A stretch of 41,365 bases of DNA, from positions 1 through 41,365 of IMG/VR virus record IMGVR_UViG_3300025598_000072, one strand, 5' to 3'. This stretch comes from a virus. Its lineage: Duplodnaviria > Caudoviricetes. A program made the position numbers and the translations under genes. The notes below the pieces were generated by a model. It saw nothing but the letters and a program-made list of their open reading frames with translations, ran no database searches and was not told the origin of the DNA. Within the stretch, counting starts at the first letter, position 1. Each line of letters begins with the position of its first letter. Of this stretch, positions 35,690 to 41,365 are shown piece by piece.

Positions 35690-35750
35690 CACACGGGGAG
35701 TGTGTATAGATTCAGAGTTTTATCGCTGTTAGTCGATGTTGAGTCTACAG

Positions 35751-35984
35751 TTACTCAAAATCGCCAACAGAACGAGTCACACTTGAACGGAGTACGCGAG
35801 CCAAGAGTATGATTGCAGCAGTATGCAAGGTATCGAGTTGTTGACTAGTCCAATGATAGTAGTCGACCACAGACCAGTTCCATAGTTGGCTAACCAGTAG
35901 TGCAGAGAACATTATAGCTACCAGTGTTAGAGCTGTGCGGAAGACTAGTTCGTTCCAGGAGGGTAATTTATCTGTGTTTAACAT
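35751..35984 (-). CDS. Membrane protein (2 TM)
   Basis: AAGGA RBS; TTGACT-17-TACAAT promoter. Confidence 0.65.
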   Translation of the reverse strand: MLNTDKLPSWNELVFRTALTLVAIMFSALLVSQLWNWSVVDYYHWTSQQLDTLHTAAIILLARVLRSSVTRSVGDFE

Positions 35985-36084
35985 AGTGTTTGAGTCCTTG
36001 TCGGTCTAACTGTGTGTAGCTAGTATTGTACAAGGTTTAGTGTAGGGAGTCAAGTGTGTATAAGATCTATTATATAGCGGGGTA

Positions 36085-36438
36085 TTAGGGTATTTTGCGT
36101 AGATGTATTCTCAAGAAGGTTTCGCCGTTATATTGTTGTTGTATCACGGCTATTTCTGCGGAGTCATTGTATGCTGTGTAGACCAGTATCAGATCTTCTT
36201 CTGTATCGGGGAATTTAAAGTTTTTATAGTATATGCTTTTTTCCCAATCTGGAGTTGTGGGGAACAGTTTGGGATTTATTTTTAATAGATGAGCGGGAGT
36301 TATTTCGGGTGTGTTCACGTATCTAGTATAGACATCGGAGTATTCGTCTAAAGTGCCTTCGATTTGTTCTAGTATATAGTCGTTAGGCCAGTATTTAGGG
36401 TTTATAGTATTTTCTTTTAGTATTTGATTAATTTTCAT
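36085..36438 (-). CDS. MKIxQ family paralog 9
   Basis: MKINQILKEN, YWPNDYILEQIE, PDWEKSIY, LILVY. Confidence 0.8.
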   Translation of the reverse strand: MKINQILKENTINPKYWPNDYILEQIEGTLDEYSDVYTRYVNTPEITPAHLLKINPKLFPTTPDWEKSIYYKNFKFPDTEEDLILVYTAYNDSAEIAVIQQQYNGETFLRIHLRKIP

Positions 36439-36863
36439 ATGATTTTATCTTCTTTTGCTTTTTCTATTTGTTTGTTGTACCAATCATAACTAGAGAACGC
36501 CATATAGATACTCTGTATATGCCTATAAGTAGAGGGAATACCATCGTTCCATCTAGTGATTATAGCCAGACTTGAATCGTCTATGCCCGGATATACCAAT
36601 AGGAGACGGTTGACGATGCCAAGACTATGGTAAGCGGATCTATCCCAATCTGGAGTTGGGTTAAATTTGAAAATCTTAGTGTATTTTTCCAATTTCCCCG
36701 CCACTAGATTTATAACTTCTTGATCGGATTTAAGGGCATGGTAGTTTTTCGATTTATTTTCGAAATCTTCAAATTCTATAACTTCGATCTGCTCGAGTGT
36801 ATATTGATTAGGAGTATAATCAGGGTCTATAGTATTTTCTTTAAGTATTTGGGAGATTTTCAT
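36435..36863 (-). CDS. MKIxQ family paralog 8
   Basis: True start MKISQILKEN at 36863; PDWDRSAY, LLLVYPG. Confidence 0.8.
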   Translation of the reverse strand: MKISQILKENTIDPDYTPNQYTLEQIEVIEFEDFENKSKNYHALKSDQEVINLVAGKLEKYTKIFKFNPTPDWDRSAYHSLGIVNRLLLVYPGIDDSSLAIITRWNDGIPSTYRHIQSIYMAFSSYDWYNKQIEKAKEDKII

Positions 36864-36874
36864 AGTTATTCTTT

Positions 36875-37333
36875 TTATGATCCTATTTTTGCCGAAAGCC
36901 ATTTTCGATTAAAGCGTATATTCACTGAAATTCTCTTATACTTTTCATTTGTATAATTTCTAACAGTTTCATAATGAATCACTGCCATTTCTGCACCGTG
37001 ATCTTTACTCGGGTATACCAGAATTAGATTTTCTTGAGTAAACAGGCCATCTGGTTGGTATACGCTAAGATCCCAATCGGGTTGGGTATTAATTTCAAAT
37101 TGCTTCGCTAGATCGTTAACTATTTCAGGATTAGGAGCGGTTACTGATTTGTTGTAAACGTTGCTTTTATCTAATCTAAGTATTATAAATTCTGAATTTT
37201 CATGTTGAAATTTAGATTCTGTATCGTGAAATTGTGATTCTGGTACTTCAATCTGACTGAGTATATAATCACTAGGCCAATACATTAGATCTATTGTGTT
37301 GGAATTTTCTTTTATGAGTTGGGAGATTTTCAT
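36875..37333 (-). CDS. MKIxQ family paralog 7
   Basis: MKISQLIKEN, YWPSDYILSQIE, PDWDLSVY. Confidence 0.8.
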   Translation of the reverse strand: MKISQLIKENSNTIDLMYWPSDYILSQIEVPESQFHDTESKFQHENSEFIILRLDKSNVYNKSVTAPNPEIVNDLAKQFEINTQPDWDLSVYQPDGLFTQENLILVYPSKDHGAEMAVIHYETVRNYTNEKYKRISVNIRFNRKWLSAKIGS

Positions 37334-37776
37334 TAATCGTCGTCCCTTGAATCTGTTTCATAGTATTTTATTGCTTGATCTCGCATTTCTTTATTATCGA
37401 ACAAAAAGTAAGAGTTTTCCCGGATCTTGTCCGGTTCTTGCATGATCATCACAATAAAATAGACATTATTTCCTGTATAGACCAGTTCTAGTAGATTAAC
37501 ATATGGTGATATAGCGTAGATGCTCTCATCCCAGTCGGGATTGAGATTTATGTTATATTTTTCAAATATTATTTCTGTAAATTTATGGTCGTATTTGTGA
37601 TCAAGATTTATAAGAATTTTTTTAGACATATCATAGTATGGACGAGAGTAATCTTTAAGGTCGATCTCTATTTGATCCAGTATATAATCATTAGGCCATT
37701 GATTAATTGGGTGGCCTAATATTTTTTTTATTGGGGGTTGTCTATTGTTTTCTTTAAGTATTTGGGAGATTTTCAT
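37333..37776 (-). CDS. MKIxQ family paralog 6
   Basis: MKISQILKEN, WPNDYILDQIE, PDWDESIY. Confidence 0.8.
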   Translation of the reverse strand: MKISQILKENNRQPPIKKILGHPINQWPNDYILDQIEIDLKDYSRPYYDMSKKILINLDHKYDHKFTEIIFEKYNINLNPDWDESIYAISPYVNLLELVYTGNNVYFIVMIMQEPDKIRENSYFLFDNKEMRDQAIKYYETDSRDDD

Positions 37777-38132
37777 AAGTTATTCTCAAATCGTATTCTC
37801 AAGTCTATATTTTTATTTACATGATGTATTATAGCCAGAGTTGCTCTATGTCCTGTATAGACCAAGAAGAATTCTCCATCATAGTCAGATCGAAGGAAGG
37901 CGCTCTCGTTCCAATCGGGACTAGTGTTAATTTTATAGACATCAACGAGGGGGTCAATAGCGTTAGGAGCAACTGCTTCGGTAGTATAATCTCTCGTTCT
38001 ACCCCAATATTTTTTTAGCATATCTCGATATTCTGGTTCTGATACTTCGATTTGATCCAATATATAATCACTAGGCCAATATCGTAGATCTATAGTATTG
38101 GAATTTTCTCTAATAATTTGGGAGATTTTCAT
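37773..38132 (-). CDS. MKIxQ family paralog 5
   Basis: MKISQIIREN, YWPSDYILDQIE, PDWNESAF. Confidence 0.8.
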   Translation of the reverse strand: MKISQIIRENSNTIDLRYWPSDYILDQIEVSEPEYRDMLKKYWGRTRDYTTEAVAPNAIDPLVDVYKINTSPDWNESAFLRSDYDGEFFLVYTGHRATLAIIHHVNKNIDLRIRFENNL

Positions 38133-38515
38133 CGGTATTTGTTTCCTAGTCGCAGTTTTATCTTTAAATCATGTTCGATCTTAGGGTCTTTATAGTGCAT
38201 TACTGCTATTTCTGCTTGATCGCCTGTATAGATTATTATTAAGGCTTCTGCTTTATAGGTAAAATTAAAATCGTTAGTGTAAACGCTTTTATCCCAATCG
38301 GGGGATGTGTTAATTTTTAAGTAATTATTAAAGTTATTAACTTGATCAAGATCTAAAAAGAGGTTTCGGGAATCCGGGCCTCGGTCATCAAACCTATTAA
38401 CCATAGACATCCATTCGTTGTTAGAGACCTCGATTTGATTTAGTATGAAATCAGGGGGCCAGTAATATGGGTCTATCAAGTTAGCATGTTCTCTAATAAT
38501 TTGATTAAGTTTCAT
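38129..38515 (-). CDS. MKIxQ family paralog 4
   Basis: MKLNQIIREH, YWPPDFILNQIE, PDWDKSVY. Confidence 0.8.
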   Translation of the reverse strand: MKLNQIIREHANLIDPYYWPPDFILNQIEVSNNEWMSMVNRFDDRGPDSRNLFLDLDQVNNFNNYLKINTSPDWDKSVYTNDFNFTYKAEALIIIYTGDQAEIAVMHYKDPKIEHDLKIKLRLGNKYR

Positions 38516-38524
38516 ATATTAGTC

Positions 38525-38896
38525 CTAAAACTTATGGAAGCGTATCCAAGTATCTTTGTAGACATTCCCGCCCTCAGTAGTCACTCTATAGACGAAGACA
38601 TCTACCATTCTACCAGGATATACTAGTAGCAGCATTTGGTCACGGTCGTCTTCATAGTAGACGCATCTATCCCAATCAGGGTTGGTAATACTTATTTCGC
38701 TGTTATCTATAATCTTTTTTAGCATTTCTCGATCTTTAGGGTTATTATAGACCATAATAATATGGCCTTTTTTGTATTGATCGGCAATGTCTTGGAATTC
38801 CGTACGGGTTTGGACCTGTATTTGTCTTAGTATATAATCGTCGGGGATATAATCGAGGTCTATAGTTTGATTTTCTAGCAGTTGATTTATTTTCAT
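38525..38896 (-). CDS. MKIxQ family paralog 3
   Basis: MKINQLLEN, PDDYILRQIQ, PDWDRCVY. Confidence 0.8.
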   Translation of the reverse strand: MKINQLLENQTIDLDYIPDDYILRQIQVQTRTEFQDIADQYKKGHIIMVYNNPKDREMLKKIIDNSEISITNPDWDRCVYYEDDRDQMLLLVYPGRMVDVFVYRVTTEGGNVYKDTWIRFHKF

Positions 38897-38905
38897 TATT
38901 GTGCC

Positions 38906-39319
38906 TTAGAGGTAAAGTATCGCATGTTCCCAAGTTTTCTCTAGAAGTGGGATCGGGCCATCTAACCACATTTCACGTTCGCCTCGAAAATCGCCATCTG
39001 TGATAATAAGATTAACGCCTTGATCTCCGGGGTAGACCAATAATAAGAAATTACCTTCATCTCCGTGGAGATTTTCGCAGTAACAGCTATGATCCCAATC
39101 AGGGCTGCTGTTAATATTAAAATGTTTAAGCATATAATCTGTAAATTCTCGATCATTAGCTGTTTTACGGCTTAAAGTAAATTCGTACCATTTATTAGAA
39201 CGGTGTTGCTTCCAGATTTCGATAGCTTGATCGCTATCAACACGTATTTGATCCAATATATAGTCATTGGGCCAATATTTGAGATTTATTCTTGATTCTA
39301 ATAATTGATTTATTTTCAT
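38906..39319 (-). CDS. MKIxQ family paralog 2
   Basis: True start MKINQLLES at 39319; PDWDHSCY, LLLVYPG. Confidence 0.8.
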   Translation of the reverse strand: MKINQLLESRINLKYWPNDYILDQIRVDSDQAIEIWKQHRSNKWYEFTLSRKTANDREFTDYMLKHFNINSSPDWDHSCYCENLHGDEGNFLLLVYPGDQGVNLIITDGDFRGEREMWLDGPIPLLEKTWEHAILYL

Positions 39320-40158
39320 CAGGGAACTTCGCCGCTCCATTCTCTCCAAACATCAACTGATAGCTGGCTGTTCGTGAAATAGAAAAATGCTTCGGGACGG
39401 TGATCGTCGTTATACTTTGATATTGTTTGATCTACTATCAGATCTGCACCATCGCCCGGGTATACTAATATTAACCTACCTACATGGTCGCGTCTAACAG
39501 TATATATGCTACGATCCCAATCTGGGTCGCTGCTGATATTTGCTCGTTTAATCACATAGTCACGATAATCTATCTCACTTGCATCATCCTCATATTGATC
39601 ATAATAATTTCTAATTTCATGAAATTCTTCAGGTGTGGTCTGTATTTGACTTAATATGTAATCGTTCGGAGTCCAATTAATATCAATTAATGTAGGTGAA
39701 TGTTCTTCTTTTAAAAATTTCTCGTCATCGAATACCTGAGACAGATTGTATAGATCAGCGGCGTTACGCCAAATTCGGCTATTAGAGTGATGGAAAAAGA
39801 CCCAATGATCAATAGTGCGCATTCGATTAGTCAATACTATTAGGTCTACGTTATGATCGCCGGGATAGACTAGCAGAAGAAAATCAGTTCCATTATTGGG
39901 ATTTTTCTGATATATGCTACGTTCCCAATCCGGAGTGCCACTGATATTGAACTTTTTAACCATGTAGAGATAAAAAAGTATGTCTCTTTCATCATCGACA
40001 TCGATGGTAGACATATTCAGATAATTATTGGTATATTGATCTCCGATCTTGTCGGCTTCTTTGTAATCATCAACCGTGATTTGATCTAGAACGTAATCGT
40101 TCGGGCGATATTCGAAATCTGGAACTGTGTTTTCGTTAAGCAGTTGATGAATTTTCAT
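39319..40158 (-). CDS. MKIxQ family paralog 1 (two tandem domains)
   Basis: PNDY-L-QI / PDW-RSIY / LVYPGD each occur twice. Confidence 0.85.
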   Translation of the reverse strand: MKIHQLLNENTVPDFEYRPNDYVLDQITVDDYKEADKIGDQYTNNYLNMSTIDVDDERDILFYLYMVKKFNISGTPDWERSIYQKNPNNGTDFLLLVYPGDHNVDLIVLTNRMRTIDHWVFFHHSNSRIWRNAADLYNLSQVFDDEKFLKEEHSPTLIDINWTPNDYILSQIQTTPEEFHEIRNYYDQYEDDASEIDYRDYVIKRANISSDPDWDRSIYTVRRDHVGRLILVYPGDGADLIVDQTISKYNDDHRPEAFFYFTNSQLSVDVWREWSGEVP

Positions 40159-40163
40159 ACGAA

Positions 40164-40170
40164 TATTTAT
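40164..40170 (-). promoter_or_regulatory. Late-promoter-like ATAAATA heading the paralog array
   Basis: 5 nt upstream of ATG, inside inverted repeat ATACGAATA-TT-TATTCGTAT; sigma70-like TTGACC-17-TATAAT further upstream (~40206-40234). Confidence 0.55.
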
Positions 40171-40236
40171 TCGTATCTATTGTTCCTTACTGTCTAAGTG
40201 CGTATATTATACTAAGGTTTTACCAAAAGGTCAAGT

Positions 40237-40506
40237 CTATTTTTCAGTTTTGATTGCCTTAGCCACCATAGCTTCAATTTCTTTAACCACAGCAGCCAGT
40301 ATTGAACGGTAGTATAATGATAGATTGTGTGCTATAACCCACACGATAGCTAATGTCCCGTAGAAGATCCTGGGTGGTTCGTGCCATAGTAAGGCACCTA
40401 GTGAGGTCCATGCAGCGATAGCGATAGCGAGCCGCTGTAGCAGCTCGCCTCGGTTAATAGTAGATTTTACTTGAAAGTCACTCACTATTAAACTCGTTTC
40501 ATACAA
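40237..40506 (-). CDS. Membrane protein (2 TM)
   Basis: Two hydrophobic segments; start uncertain. Confidence 0.55.
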   Translation of the reverse strand: MYETSLIVSDFQVKSTINRGELLQRLAIAIAAWTSLGALLWHEPPRIFYGTLAIVWVIAHNLSLYYRSILAAVVKEIEAMVAKAIKTEK

Positions 40507-41327
40507 GTAATTTCAGCATAGTTCTTCCAATCATCAGGAAAGGATACTTTCAGATCAGCCACTTTCAAAACCATTCGGCAACTGAGTTCTTGCATACGAG
40601 TCTGATGTTCTTCCACAAAGTCAAGAATTTCTTTCTTCTCAGCTTCTTCAAAACTATACTTCTGCAACATACCAGCTTCAGTCACATGACGCAACCAGAT
40701 AAGTTTTTCTCGATCAGTATCCATCTGCAGATCAATATAGTGACAACGTGACTCAATAGCCTTCAAGTGATTGCGAAGTTTCTTAGAGCGCACATGATCA
40801 AATTTGATGTTAGTAATAAAGATCGCACTACCTTCAAACTCAAAACGATCCGGAATGCCTTCTCGACGAAGCAAACGACTGTCCTTATTCCAAGAAATGT
40901 AACGACGATCAGTAGAATCAAGTGCGCCTTTAAGCGTATTCAAGCTCTCTTCTTCTTCGAGTACAGTATCGCAGTCATCAAACGCGATCACGTTCTTGTG
41001 TTCTCGGAACTCCCAAAGCTTGCTGTAAAGCCCGATACTGGATGCAGTACCTTTAACAATTTCATAACGTGGCGGGCGTCCTGCTAGGGTATTGAACAAG
41101 TCATCTTTAGCAAGGATAGTACCAACGCCGTGACTCTTGCCAATACCTGCAGGGCCTGCTACAATCAACGCACGGACTGCGCCTTTCTTAACTGCGCGAG
41201 TGACATTATGGAATACTTCGAAACGATTCTGCAAACGTGTGAGGATCTGTTGATCCGTTTCTTTTGCTACTGCCTTAGCGACATCGGCAACACGATCCAG
41301 ATCAATTTCAATCTTGCTCTCAGCCAT
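40488..41327 (-). CDS. AAA+ family ATPase
   Basis: GPAGIGKS Walker A, AFDDCD Walker B, IFITN sensor, SRC; GAGGA RBS before ATG 41327. Confidence 0.85.
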   Translation of the reverse strand: MAESKIEIDLDRVADVAKAVAKETDQQILTRLQNRFEVFHNVTRAVKKGAVRALIVAGPAGIGKSHGVGTILAKDDLFNTLAGRPPRYEIVKGTASSIGLYSKLWEFREHKNVIAFDDCDTVLEEEESLNTLKGALDSTDRRYISWNKDSRLLRREGIPDRFEFEGSAIFITNIKFDHVRSKKLRNHLKAIESRCHYIDLQMDTDREKLIWLRHVTEAGMLQKYSFEEAEKKEILDFVEEHQTRMQELSCRMVLKVADLKVSFPDDWKNYAEITCMKRV

Positions 41328-41365
41328 GTGTAAGTCCTCATTAGTGTGTATCAACTGGATTATTA

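Noticed and set aside
27930-35750. tRNA or other known structured RNA genes in intergenic gaps
   Set aside because: No cloverleaf with T-loop/D-loop consensus recognised by eye; a covariance-model scan would be needed to exclude them
32384-35812. + strand ORFs such as 32384-32923, 33517-33774, 33966-34262 and 35535-35812
   Set aside because: Antisense shadows of better-supported - strand genes, or products of the 71-bp duplication; no RBS support
36085-40158. Diversity-generating retroelement targets
   Set aside because: No reverse transcriptase or near-identical TR/VR pair in the window; paralogs differ by indels and at all bases
1-41365. Stop-codon reassignment
   Set aside because: Core genes are full length and tightly coupled in the standard code, ending in TAA, TAG and TGA

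Overview
Segment of a large lytic dsDNA phage genome (T4-like replication genes, jumbo-phage style), read in the standard genetic code. 1-12.5 kb is a recombination/replication block: UvsX/RecA, UvsY, UvsW, a GT2 glycosyltransferase, a probable clamp-loader subunit, a 197-aa miniature DnaE-like polymerase core, an HNH endonuclease, primase, DnaB/gp41 helicase and a HAD nucleotidase. 12.7-24.4 kb holds genes behind a T4-late-like (A)TAAATA motif, including a double-AAA+ / HExxH peptidase / vWA operon and a kinase-like protein, plus FeoA and a CatB-like acetyltransferase. At about 24.5 kb the sequence changes abruptly. For hundreds of bases there is no GA, GG, TC or CC dinucleotide (G is never followed by a purine on either strand), so the first genes encode proteins with no D, E, G, P or W. 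This zone is built from six copies of a ~80-bp promoter cassette with terminators and GGGAC islands, and the bias fades toward ~30 kb. It looks like a first-injected early region purged of a DNA-level target and is the strongest candidate for an undescribed system. 31.7-36 kb contains small, individually promoted genes converging on ~31.5 kb. 36.1-40.2 kb is a tandem array of nine paralogs with a T4 internal-protein-like N-terminal signal. All calls come from reading motifs by eye; no searches were run.
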